A DNA stretch of 61,376 nucleotides, counting the filler. It is 4 parts of 4 records of this genome, joined end to end, with 100 filler letters (N's around TTAATTAATTAA, not from the genome) between each part and the next. Parts side by side here need not be neighbours in the genome. Positions count along the whole stretch, not along the records: positions 41,985 to 51,382 come from DRR378314_2059; positions 51,483 to 61,376 come from DRR378314_2066; 2 more parts are not named here. One strand, given 5' to 3'. Numbering within the stretch: the first letter of the stretch is position 1; each line of letters begins with the position of its first letter. Positions 41,985-54,700 of the stretch are shown in pieces. A model generated the notes under the pieces. That model saw nothing but the letters and a program-made list of their open reading frames with translations, ran no database searches and had not been told where the DNA came from. A program made the translations under genes and the position numbers.

Positions 41985-44900
41985 AGAATGCGCCACGTGG
42001 CCAGCGCTGTGGGCGCATCGATCGCCTCGGGCGCGGAGAGCGCGCGTTCGATGGCAATGGCGGCAGCGGTGGCGATTCCCCACCCGTACGCGCCCCATCC
42101 CGCCGACGCCTCGCGCACCGCTCGCGCGGCAACCGCAATCGTCGGGAGAGCAGCGTGCACGGCGCGCAACGACGCGCTGTGCGGCAGAGAGCCGTGGATC
42201 TCATCGTCGGCAGGTTCGCTCGGATCGATGACCGCACTCATCACGACGCGCTCGTCCGCGTCGCCGCCAGCAAGCGCGCTCGCAGCCGCAGGACTCCACG
42301 TCGCCAGACAATTCGTAACCGCCGCGCGCGCAGCTGCCGGAGCGAGGGCGCTCGCCGCGTGCACAGCGACAAGCGCAGCTTCGGCGATAAAGGCGCGCGC
42401 CGCGGCAGGTGCCGGAGACACATTGCGCGCAGACGGCACCACGAGCTCCAAAAACGCGCGCGCCGCAGCGCTACCTGGCTCGCGGGACGCAGAGGAGGAA
42501 GAGAGCTCGCGCGCAATAGCAGGGGCGAGCGCTGCGATCGCAACGGAGCGCAGCGAGCAAAGGTGGTCCGCGGCCGGAGCGGCTCCTGCGCGCTCGTCTT
42601 CCCATTCGTGCGGCAGCGCTCCAAGCACGGCGCCGGCGCGCGTGGGCGGGCCAGCTTCTGCGCGAAACAGCGACGCGGCAGTCGCAAGACTCGGTTCGCC
42701 GACTGTAGCCGACGCCGCAGCGAGAACGAAGGACACAGCTGCCGCAGCAGCGCTGTACTGCGGGTCGACAACCGCAGGACCGAGTCTCGGCGGCAACGGC
42801 TCGTACCACGCCGCCGCCGCGGTTTCACGGTCTCCAGCGTCTGTGCGTGGACACAACGCGCCGCGCGCGACGAGCGCAGCGGTCTCCGCCAGGGCGGCAG
42901 TGGTGATGTCGGGGCGCTTGTGCGCGTCGGACGCGTCGAGCGTGGCTGCAACGGCAGCGGCGATGCCGACAGAGCGCGCGCGCGCGACGACCTCCGCGGC
43001 GGGCGCCGGGTCAATCGCAATCTCGATTCCGCGGTTTCGCATGGCGCGCGACACATCGCCGCGCGAGGGATCGACGGTGAAGAAGAGGCGGAAATTCCGG
43101 TGCGGTCGCAGCGGCTCGGCTGCACCGCCTGCTTCTGCGAGCGGGAGCGAGCGCGCGTCGTCAAAGAGCGGATTCAGGCGGTCCAGCACCGCTGCTGGGA
43201 CCATGTTTGCGTTTTCCACCACGAGCCACATCCCGCGCCGCATGCACTCGCTCAGCACACCGTCGACCCACTCGAACGCGCCGCCCGTCGCGGACGTGTC
43301 GCTCGCGGCACCTCCCTGCATCCCGCTCAGCGTGGCAGAGCTCGCCGAGGATCCCGCGCGACGCGCTTCTGCCAGAGAACGCAGCGCGGCGCGCAGTGTG
43401 GTGCCGGTGCAGCGCTCTCCTGCGCTGCTGCTGACGAGCGCGTCCGCAATCTCCCGCGCTGCGGCGCGCGCCTGTTGGCGAGCGCTTTCCGCGGCGTGGC
43501 GCGCAGGGTCCACCTGTGCAAAACACCCGAGCAGGTCGGTCGCGTCCGTCGCTGGCGTCGCAGCGAGCTCGCGCAGCGGCTGTCCGGCGAGCGCGGCGGC
43601 GGCGCGCACGGCCGCAGTCTTCCCGGCGCCGGTCGCGCCCACAAGCAAAACCATCCAGTCCATCGCAGCGCACGCCAGCACGCTTTCCGCGGCCTGCAAG
43701 ACGTGCGGCGTGATGGCGAGCGCCCCCGCCGTCGCAGCCAGGCTCGCGAATCCACCCGCGGCACGCACGAGAGCCGCAGTACCTAGACGAACGTGCGAAG
43801 CTCGCAGCGACAGCGGCGCGCCGCAGAGAGCGCCGACGGGGATACGAAGTGCGCGCGATAAGACAGTGCGAGCGGCGGCGCGATCCGCTTCGGTCCGCAG
43901 GCGCGACACAAAGACGAGTTCGACAGCCGCTCCGAGCGAGCGATCGGCGCGCGAGTCGTCTCTCGCATCGTCAGCGCCGGTTCCGTCGCGACGAGCGTGA
44001 CGAGTTGTCCGGAGATGCGCTGCGAGGGACGCGGCGCGGAACACGTCGCGCAAGTTGAACTCGTACGGTCCGCCTCGTGTCGCAAATCCGGCGGTTCGCT
44101 CCTCAGCGCGGCGGCCAAGCTCCGCCGCGGCGGCAACGAGTGCGCGCGCCTCGGCGGAGGAGATCCCGGGCGGAGCGCGTGCCGCTGCAATAAGCGCCAT
44201 GTCGTCTTCGCCCAGGGCGCGGACGTGTACGCGCGTGAACCGCGATGCGAGGGAGCGCGGAAGACCTTTCCGCCCTCCGCCCTGCGCAACGGGGTTCTGC
44301 GCGGCAAACACGCGGAACGATGACGGGCACGCAAACGACTGGCCAAGCTCAGGAATGAATACGGTTGCACGATGGTCAAGGCACGAGTTGAGGCCCTCGA
44401 GCACCGCGGGAGGCGCGAGGTTCAGTTCGTCGAGGAGCACCCAGTCGCCTCGTCGCAGCGCTGCCAGAAACGGACCGTCGCGCCACGCAAACGACCCCGG
44501 AGCGCCCGCGACGGGCAGGTCCGCTCCGAAGAGGTCTGCGACGTCGCTCTGCTCGCTCAGATTAATGCGTACAACGCGGCGGCCGGCCAGCTGCCCAAGC
44601 GCTTCGATGAGTGTCGTTTTTCCCACGCCCGGCGGCCCCTCCAACAGCACCGGTTTGCGCACGAGAAGCGCGCGTAGCACACGCGCAGCATTTGCGCGTG
44701 TAGTCGGCGCGGCGAAAGCAACCTGCGTTCCGCCAAAATCGTGCACATCTTCTTGGTCCGACGCCTCGTCCGCCATGTCGGCCATGCCCGAGACCTGCGA
44801 GGCGTCGTCACTCGATGCAATCGGGACGGTAAACGGCGGAAACCCGACGTGTCCGTTTTCTCGTGTCAGCGCGCCAGTGCGCGGCACGAGCGCTCCGTCG

Positions 44901-47900
44901 CGCTCATCGACCTCCGCGAGAGCGCCATCGTCGTCATGTGCGGCACCGGGGAAGCAGGGCGCATTTGCAGCTGCACCGTACGGTCGCTGTTGCAGCAGCC
45001 ACACCGCTGCGGCGCGTCGAGCCTCTGGTAGCGCCCCGGGCGCGTCGAGGAACGCCACACAGGCGCCGTGGACATATGCGGCGCGCGCAGAAAGTACCCT
45101 CGATGCGACAGCCACACGGGCGAAGTCGCACCATGCGGCGAGATCGCGCACCGTGAGGTCCAGTCCGAGCGCGTCGCGCGCGTTGAGCATATGCGGCGCC
45201 AAGTGCTCGGCGTGCTGTCCGAGGCGGAGGCGCAGCATCGCTTCGACGTCTGCGCGCGAGTCCAGCGCAGACGCCCAGATCTCCGTGAAGCGGCTGCGGA
45301 GCGCAGGGGAGAGCTCTTTCTTACCAAAATCTCCTCCGGGGTTCATTGTCGCCAGCATCCGGAAAGCTGCGTGTGCTGTGCGAGCAACGGCGTGCTCGCC
45401 GCCGTGCTCCACCAAGGTCAGGGTGCGCGACGGCTCGAGCAGCGAGTTGAGTCGCTCCAGCACCGCATCGTCCGCCAGCGAGATCTCGTCCAGCAGCAGC
45501 ACGTCGCCGCGCTTTGCTGCGGACACAACGGGCCCGTCGTGCCACTCGAACAGCGCTGGGGCACTGCCCGCAGCTGTATCGCTGCTGTTCGTGTGCAGCG
45601 CAGCGTCTGCTGCGTTGTGATCGACGTCCGCCGGCTCGTCAATAACGGGCATGTCTGAGCGCGCGCCGCGAGCGCGCGGCGGCCGAAAGCTTCCCAGCAG
45701 ATCCGCGGTCTCCGAGTGCTGGTGACACGCCACAGCAACAAGCGGGCGACGTGCAGCGGCCGCGATGAGCTCACAGACGGTCGTTTTCCCGCACCCCGCC
45801 TCGCCGACGATGAGCACTGGCTCGCGGTGCGCAAGCGCGCGGCGAACGTTTGCCCAGAGGCGCCGCAGCGACGGCGTCGCAGCAACATTAGCTGCAGCTG
45901 CACAGCCCGCAGCTTTGAGACGCGACAGCTCGCGGTCGAGGTCGGAGGCGGCGTAGAGCGCTTGTGGATCGACATGTACGCCCAGGTGCTTGGCGATCGC
46001 ATCGCGCACCGCCTCGGCATCACTGCGCGCGCGCAGACGCTCCGCCAGCAGCAGAAAGGCGTCTGCGGCGAGCTCCTCCAGCGACTCTGGACGGCGATCG
46101 GCGAGGCGGAAGAGGTCGCGCGGGGTCACCAATGCGCTGCGACCAGCGAACACGCGTGTACTTTGCCGTCTCCGCTGCAAGTCGGCGAGCAGGGCGACCA
46201 AGCGGCGGCAGTGCGACGGTGCGAGTCCACCACGGCGCGAAAGAATCGTTTCCAGTTCAGCGTGCGGAATGTCTCCCACGTGCAGCTCGAGGAAGCGCGA
46301 GCGGAACGCGCGCGAGAGCACCTTACGTCCGCCGTACACACCGGGTGGATTCTGCGTGGCAAACAGCGCGAAATGAGGGTGCGGACGAAGTACGGTCTGC
46401 GTCTCTGGAATGAAGAGCTCGCGGTTGTCGTCCAGCAACCGGTTCAGCACTTCCAGCACATCGGTCGGCGCGAGGTTGAGCTCGTCGAGAATCACCCAGT
46501 CGCCACGGCGAACCGCCGACGCGAGCGCACCTTCCGCAAAGCGCAGCGCGCCCGTGTGCGGGTCAGTGACGTACGCGCCGAGATACTCCGACACATCCGT
46601 GTGCTCGTGATTATTAATACGGACGCAGCGATGGCCGGTGCGTCGCGCGAGATGCTCCACGAGCGAGGTCTTTCCAGCGCTCGTCGGTCCCTGGAGGAGC
46701 ACGGGGAACCGCCGCGTCACCACCGCGCGCGCCAGAGCGGCCAGCGACGCTTCCACATGCGGCGTGACGATAAACGTCGCGTCCTTCTCCGGCTGGAGCG
46801 GTCCGCGCGCCAAGGAGAATCCGCAAATGTCAACACGGTCGGCATTCGCTCTGGATGCGTGAGAGGCAGCCTGCCGCGCTTTCGCCCCGGTTTGCTCGAG
46901 CTGCTGCAGGACCTGCTGTTCGAAGAGCGCGCGACTGCTGGCGTCAAGCATCGTGGCGAACGCGGCTCGAAAGCCCTCGACGACTGCGCGATGCGGCGGA
47001 AGCGCGCCGGCGGCTGTGGCGTCGCGCGCGTACGCCAGCGCGCGCGCGAGTGTTCGCAGCGAGTACCGCGGCCTCTCGCCGGCACCGTCGGCGAGCGCCT
47101 TGTCGGCGAGATCGCGCGCCAGCAGGTACGCATCTACTACAGCGGGCGGCGCAGCGGAGACCGTTCCGCGCGGCCCCGCAGCAGGCGCGATGGGCGCGAG
47201 CGCACGCTCGGCAATCAGAGCGAGGTCGGTGCGATCGCGCACATCGGGTACGTAGAGCTCGGTAAAGCGCGCGCGCAGGGCGGGCGGGAGATCCTTCTTC
47301 CCGGCGTCCGTCGGCGGGTTCATACACGCAAACAGACGGAACGCAGCGCTTCGCGGCACTGCGTCGACATCGCCGCGCTCCGTCAGCGTTAGCGACGCGT
47401 CTGGCGCGTCGAGCAAGCCAGCGAGTCGCTCGAGCGTGTCCGCTGGCGCGAGATTCACCTCGTCAAGCAACACCCACGCGCCGCGCCTCAGCGCGGACAC
47501 GAGCGCTCCCTCGACAAACGCAAACGCAAACGGCGCCGCGGCACCGTCACCATCGCCACTCCGCACCACGTAACGCTGCAAAGCAGTCAGTGGCGCAGCC
47601 GCAGCACGCCATAGCGCGCGGATTGGAGGAGCTAGACCTGCCTGCTCGTGCGCCAGCCCCATCGCATTCGCCATCATCTTCGCGACGCGCGACCATGCGC
47701 GACTCGCAAAACGCGCCCGCAGGCGCGCAATAAACCTCTCGTTCGCCTCGCCGGTAAACGTTGCACTGAAAGCTCGCTCAAACGTTTCCAGTGCACGCGC
47801 GGCGATCTCGTCGACCTGCACTGGTTTGTAACCACCGAGCAGATCCGCGCTCTCGCTCTGCTGCGACAAATTCACCACCACGAGCTCGGCGCCGACCGCG

Positions 47901-50900
47901 CGGGCGAGATACTGCACCGCCGAGGTTTTCCCTACACCCGTTTCGCCCGTGAGCAGCACGGCCTCATTCCGCTCCACGCTCACCGCGAGTGCCTCGATAA
48001 GGCAGCTGGCGTGTCGCGTGAGCGTGTACGTAAGCGCATCGCTTTCGCCTGCTTGTCCTGTCGCATCCACGGCGCGGAGGACGGCGCGACCGGCGCGAAC
48101 GCCGCCTCCTGTCGTGTTGGCGCCGGAGGCGCGATCGACATGCACGTCGGGGCGATGGTGCGCCAGCTCTTCCACAACGTCAGGGCCAAGGCCGAGCGCG
48201 ACTGCGATTTCCGCAGTCGCAGCGCGACGCTGTTCCGCACGTGGCTGAGCAGCAGCGATGCAATCTGCGCCCTCGACAAGCGCAGCGTGAAGCATTGCTC
48301 CAGTCACGTGCACGGACCTCGTTTCTTCAGGATCCTCGTCGCCAGGCGACGCGGCGACTGGCGCAATCGCACGCGCAACGCGTGCGGCCCATTTGAGCAG
48401 ATCGCGCAGCGTCGGCAAGCGAGGAAAGCGCTGCGCGGCGCAACGCTGCTGAGCATCGACCAGTCTGACGGCAAGCTCCGTAGGAATGCGCTTGTGACGA
48501 GCACACACGATACTTGCCGCCTCGCCAGCGCCGAGCGGAGCGACTGCGACGCGGCGCCACAGCGCAGCATGTGCAATGCGTGCGGCGTCACGGCCACCCC
48601 AGAGAGTAGCTGTTCCTAGCACGCGGAAGCCTGGCGCAGCACGAACAGGATCGCCGCGCCCAGGAACAATGAGCTCGCGGTGGTCGAGAAGCGTGACGAG
48701 CGCCGCCGATACTTCTGCCGGAGCTCGATCTACATCTTCGAGCAGTACCCAGTCGCCGCGCACCACTGCTTGCGTGAGCGCGCCCGGCTGCCACGCAAAC
48801 TCCCCCGGTGTGTCTGTGCAAGTGTACGCTCCGAAAAGCGTCTTTGCATCCATTTGGTCATCAAAGTGAATGCGCACGAGACGAGCTGGCGAACCGGACG
48901 ATTGGCGCGCTGCGCGAGCAAGCTCAGCGGCCAAGGCGGTTTTCCCGCTCCCCGGCGGACCCTCGAGCAGCACCGGCCGCCCATGCGCCAGTGCGGACGC
49001 CAAGCGCTGCAGATTGGCTTCCGTCGTTCGAGTCAAAACGAGCGGCGCGTCGTCTGAGTCACCAAAAATAGTTTCTGTACCGGAGGGAATTGCGCTCGGT
49101 CCCGGAACGTCTGTCAGAGCGCCGTCATGCTCTGGTGACTCGCCATGCAGGAGAATATCGAGCGCAGCGGGAGTCACCGGGACACCGTGGACAGAGACTG
49201 GCGGAAAGCGCGCCGCGCCGTGCAGCAGCGAAGGGACCCTTTGCCGATACATACGCGAGCGCTCAGCCTCGAATGCGAGCTCTTCGCGCACAATTTCCAC
49301 TGCTGCAGCAACGCTAGCCGGTGTCTCGCTGTCGTCGCACAATGGACCGGAATCGAGAACGATGCGTAGTGCCCTGAAGAGGATCGGTAACGTGTCACGA
49401 AAGTGGCGCGCCAATTACACGAAGGAATGCGAGAAAGAAAAAAAGAGGCATGTTGGAAGCGGGACAACGACCGACTTCGCGCTTTCACTTCCATTCACTT
49501 TCTTCTGTATTTCAAGATCGATAGGGATGTGGGTTCGGGGAGCAAAGGCAAAGAACAGCGACTGCGAAGGACGACATCAACGAGCAAATGCGCCGCGTCC
49601 TCACATTTGCAAGCACTTTGACGTCCAGATGAGGAATCTACGCACAGGAACGTACCGTTCGGCCAGGCCGGATGTGATGGGAGTTGGCGACGCGCGCAAG
49701 TCGAGCAGGCACTCCCACGAGCATGCACTGCCAAGCTCGGAGGGAAATTCGTGTAGTGCCCAGTAGATGCAGAGCGCAAGACGCTCGAGGTCGTCGCTGT
49801 CGCTCTGTATTGTCGAGTACGACGCAAGAAGTACGCGCAACATGGAAGAAAGCGTTGTGCGAAAGTGGATAACGCGCTTGTCCCTCTCTTGCAAACACAT
49901 GTGGGACTTTTCGGCAGTAAGATGACCGAGCGCTTCCCAGTGCTCATTCGGTACGTACCTCGATCCCGCGATCAAAGCGCTGCAGCAGCGATCCCCGTGA
50001 GGCGAGCAAGAATTGCACTACTTGGTCGTGCACAAAGGGACACAGGCGCGCACAGCGCACAACGCAAAGGAATGCTTCCTCACGCTGCTTTTGCTCCGTG
50101 ATCATATTTCCAATTTGGTGGAAAGATCGTTCCACTGCAGATCCGCAGCGAGCATGCGCGCAGGAGCCAGCCAACGGTGAGCGGCTGAAGAACGCACTCG
50201 CAGGCGCGAGGACACTGTCAAAAAATCACTACAACCAGGATAGCGAGGGAAGAACCGCAGTGAGCTTCTCCATCCGAAGATATGTCACCGACTTGCACAT
50301 CACAGCAGATGCAAGGAAAAACAGGCAGCTTCTGACGTACGTAAAGTTGGGAGAATGACACGGCAGCAGCGTGCAGTCGCAAGGTTTGTGTCTGGAGTCA
50401 GCAGCAGGCGCGCCAGCGTGTCCAGCGCGCCGTCCACGTCGTCGCGTTCGCTCTGCAGCACGGCGAACGAGACGCGAAGAATGCGACATGTTCAGCCACA
50501 GCAACGGTACGGAAGTATGCATCAATGCACACATGAGCGTGCACAAATACTTAGTTCTGTCAGCAAAACCCCTGCGCGGCCTTGCGCCGCGGAACTGCAG
50601 GGAAGAGGCACAAGCACGCGCTCACGCAGGAGCACAACAAGAAGCACGCATAAGCGAGCAGCGAGCGCGAGCACGAGCGCATCGCACACACGCTCGAACT
50701 GCTGCACATCCCGCTCTCGCAGGTTTGTAGGACTACAAATGTACTTTATGTGTCATTATGAGCGATGTAGAGACAAACTCATGGGACCAATGCCTTTGAT
50801 CAAGCGCCAGTGGCGCGCAGATAGTGGTGGCCGCGGCGCGCGCAGTCTCGGACGCAGCGGCGTGCGTGGGGGCGAGGCCTGATGCGTGCGGCTACAACCG

Positions 50901-51356
50901 CTCCGGCACCTATCAGCATTGTCTATCCCCACCGCCTGCACGTCCTTCGAGGATGCACGAGTACACACGCACTGCATATACATATCTAAAGCAAGGTGCG
51001 CTGTGACGCGACAGGAAACGCGTCCAATGTGCAAACGGCCATACCCGTGAAGGCAAAGCGCCAGGTGCTCCCCGCTGGCAGTGTGTGGGGGCAGGGTCGT
51101 GCGCCGCCGATCGTGGGCACTGCGAATGCAGCTCGACGGCAGCGCGGCTCACCTGCACAGTATCCCTCCACAATGTAACGTGATCACGCAACAGTTCGTC
51201 ATCAAGTGCGCATGCTAGCGCCCAGCGTATGGCCGCGCGCGGCGCGCCGTGGTCTTGCATCCCAGGCGCAGCTGCAGTGTCCACGCGAGCACACACGCAC
51301 TTGCAAAGCGCGCACCGCAGGCGACTCCGTGCTGCTGCCAACGCTGTGAGGCGCAT
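41985..51356 (-). CDS. MDN1: Midasin (Rea1) AAA+ ribosome biogenesis factor, spliced eukaryotic gene, 5' half
   Basis: Six Walker A motifs (GPPGSGKT, GETGVGKT, GPTSAGKT, GEAGCGKT, GPPGVGKT, GATGAGKT), RINNHEHTD and GGRKVLSRAFRSRF in one exon 49373-41985; phase-compatible upstream GT-AG exons 50214-49959 and 49804-49656; tentative first exon 51356-51153; exons between 51152 and 50215 unresolved. Confidence 0.93.
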
Positions 51357-51382
51357 GTAATGTTTGCGCAACTAGGGTAACA

Positions 51383-51482
51383 NNNNNNNNNNNNNNNNNN
51401 NNNNNNNNNNNNNNNNNNNNNNNNNNTTAATTAATTAANNNNNNNNNNNNNNNNNNNNNNNNNNNNNNNNNNNNNNNNNNNN
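51383..51482. other. Artificial contig spacer
   Basis: 44 N + TTAATTAATTAA + 44 N. Confidence 0.99.
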
Positions 51483-51620
51483 AGCACAAGCATAACCACA
51501 ACCACAAGCACATTCACAGGCACAACCGCAACCACAAGCACAACCGCAACCACAACCACAACCGCAACCACAACCACATCCACATCCACATCCACATCCA
51601 CAACCACAGGCGCAAGCACA
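51483..51620. repeat. Degenerate hexanucleotide microsatellite (CAACCA/CAACCG/CATCCA/CAAGCA)n
   Basis: About 20 tandem 6-mers at the contig edge; probably intronic in the CstF-77 gene. Confidence 0.9.
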
Positions 51621-51718
51621 CCCAGCAAGTGGCTCACGGAGATCCAGCGCCTGCACAATACACCTTCCACAACATCAAAGGCAGAGCCAGCCAATCATAT
51701 ATACGGCGCTTGCCGTAC

Positions 51719-54700
51719 CTTGTATTGGGATGCACAGCAGCTCGCCGGCGTTCCAGCTTTTCGACAGTAGCGATGTCTGTGGCCATGCGGTATTCGAGCT
51801 CCACGTATCGATCCCACAACGGCAGACTCTGTGCGCGCGGAATGACCCTGCAGAACCAGGATCGCAGTCGACACATACAGGCTCCCGCAAAAATCAAAAT
51901 CTCAGGCAATATCCCTAACCTTAACGATTGTATACAGGAACCGGCGTCACGGTACCCAATTCAAAAAAAAGGCCGGAAGTGCTGCCAACCCACAAGCATC
52001 GGATGCAAGCAAGGGAAGAGCCAAGGCGGCGCTTGCACGAAACCCTGACACATGTCCATCCCAGCAGCTAGCCCTAACCAATACGTACCCAAGCGCTTTC
52101 TCATACAGAGATCGAAGGTTAGAGATATCGTTCTGACTTTCCAGGAAATCGGCGTACGCCATCACATACTCCGCCTCGTGCAGAAATCGCTTCAGACCTA
52201 AAAACGAGATGCACAAGCACGTGCATGCTTCGTGAGTGCACGAGGTTACAATTCCAAAACAAGGCGCGCAAGATTGACGCACGCTGCCAGAGAAACCACC
52301 CCTCCCCCGACCGTCTCATTTTCCCCCCAACAACTCCGATACGTAACGTATACAGATCTACAGTCCAGTACACAGCAACAGCACAGCCACTCCATGGCAC
52401 CATGTCGACTCGCCCACGTACCCAGCTCGTAGACGTTTCGCGCCACTTTCGGCTCCTTGTTCACGCGCAGTTCCATCAGAGCAGAGAACAAAAACATGCG
52501 AGACGTCGTATACTGCGACTTACGGGCTTGGCGAAATACCTGCGGCGCACAGCAAATCAAGCATGATTAACGTTCCGGAAACGTGTAGCACTGATTCTCG
52601 TGCGCACGGCAAAAAATACAAAACGGGAGGTAGGACGCGACTGGCGAATGACTGTTGCCAGCCTTGGGCAAGCTGAAGGGCACACCCAGTTCCTTAACCC
52701 TACCCTTAACCCAATATCACATTCATGCTTTTCCGCGCATTCGCAGCATGATTCGCTACAGCGTACTCTAGCAAACGAATCAAAATTAAAGCAGCTTCGA
52801 AAAGGCCCCAACAGGACACCAACAGACGGTCCCTTTGGATTGACCTGGGTATCTCGATCGGCGTATTCGCCCGCAGCCTCGCAACGCCGTGCACATGAGT
52901 TCGACTGCGAAAACGCGTCACAACGAGCTCACCAGGCTCCTACAGGGACACGCGCTCAATCTCGACTCCAAGATTTTTATCACACGCGCAAGCGCCTCGT
53001 GCACCGGAGCACCGTACCTGACGAGCTTCGCTGACGCCATACTGCCGACGTGCAAAGCGCTGAAATTGAATGAAAGCGTGGTCGCTTCCAACCTCGCTGC
53101 AAAGCTTTTCGTAAATCTGCGTTGAGCTACAAGACGCACCAAACAGCAGGGCGGGGGGCGGAAGCAGGCGATCAGCGGCAGAAAAGAGGTGCTCTCATGG
53201 TCAGTCCAAGAAGTCCAACATCCGTTATGTAGACGTGCCAGACGGTGCGACGAGCACCCACAGCGCGGCGCAAAGTCGTCGAACAAACGATCCCGATTGG
53301 CCGCGCACAGCACCGCGTGCGTACGGTGCCCCGTGCCAAACGAGTAACGCTTTCAAAAAAGAGCCTCTGTAACATGCTGCGAGTTTCGCAAACACTCACC
53401 CCGAGCGCCTTGACTCGCACCAAAAAAAAAAGGACACAAGAGCTGCACACTTGCCCCCAGCGTCAGTCAGCTCCCAGCCAATAGCATAAAGAGAAAACGC
53501 ACCGCTCCAGATTCCGCTGCCGCTCGAAAAAGTCTGCCGCCAAGAAGTGCAGCAGCTGATTGCTGGGCATAAATGCGCATGCCTCGTCGAAAACTCGGCC
53601 CGCCTCCGTGTTCATATTTTGCTGAATCAAAAACGACGCATACTCGTACCTGTAGGTTGTAACCACACACACCGCCCCATCGATGAGCTTTGAGCTAGAC
53701 AGAGCGAACACGGCACACAGCGCCGTGGATGCGGCAAACCGTCAAAGCCGCAGCGCAAACATAGAATCACCGCTTTCCCGTCGCACCCTAAGCCTATAGC
53801 GATACCACGCTGCCCTCGCACTGCAACATTGGCAGCAGCGGCACCCCAGACGCACCACAACTCGCTCGAGTAGCGGAGATTGTAAAGAGCATTCTGAAAT
53901 GCAAGGCAGACTCGCTTGCAGAATTCCGTTGGCGCCACCTGCGAAGAGAATTCACATTGCCAAGATCACGGCGGCAGCGATGAGATTACAGCGGCGCCGC
54001 GGAAGAGCACGAGAGCTCCAACGCAGCATCTCCAGCATGTCTTGCTCTCCGTCGCCCCCGATCCACCAGCACCAACAACGTAGCACAAGTCCAAACGGGT
54101 ACATTCCAACTGCAGGCAGTGAATACAGGCCACACCCTTGCATTCGCACTCTCCCCGGCCAACCAACCGACCAAAGAACACTCCACCGCACCAGCAAAAT
54201 GTGCGGGCGCACATGCTTCCGACCAGGATGGAGAATACAATCTCACAAGCATCACCAGACGAAGCCGCCAAGTGCACTACGTCAAACGGGCTGCCAACAA
54301 TCGTTACGCGAGAAACCTCCCGACCACTTACACCCACGACTTTGCGTACACCCTAAAATATCACATGCATGGATACAAGATTCGCTTTCGCATGCGAAAA
54401 CCTCGCTACTGACAACGCCGAACTCGCAGCCCATTTCCCTACGCCTTCGCGCCAGACATCATACAGTGGATCCAGGCTCGCCACATACCTGCTGCGAGTT
54501 TGCTCGCTCCAGTGCGATGTACTTTTTCCAGAGCTCCATCTGCGTTCGCTCGATTTTCGATCCCGTGAGCGGCGCCGAGAGATCGTTGATCTGGAGTCGT
54601 TCCATCAGCGCCCGACGCTCACGAGCCACTACGGCCAGCCACCGCGCACCGCAGGCACCGAGCGTGAGTGCAGAGACCTTTCTCCTTCACAGCACGATGC

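Noticed and set aside
41988..47392. Large plus-strand ORFs opposite midasin (670, 543, 521 and 558 aa)
   Set aside because: Expected stop-poor antisense frames of a very GC-rich coding exon
41985..49414. Giant multi-AAA ORF as a bacterial MoxR/McrB defence system or dynein
   Set aside because: Motif order and wording match midasin, and the upstream part is spliced
49415..49417. In-frame TAA just upstream of the long midasin ORF as evidence of stop-codon reassignment
   Set aside because: It lies inside a phase-compatible GT-AG intron (49655-49374); all reconstructed exons are open in the standard code
51483..51620. Repeat array as CRISPR or telomere
   Set aside because: Degenerate 6-nt units with no spacers, and not a uniform telomeric repeat
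51435..51694. Cys-Gly repeat 'metallothionein-like' and poly-Val ORFs
   Set aside because: Translations of a hexamer microsatellite running into the N spacer
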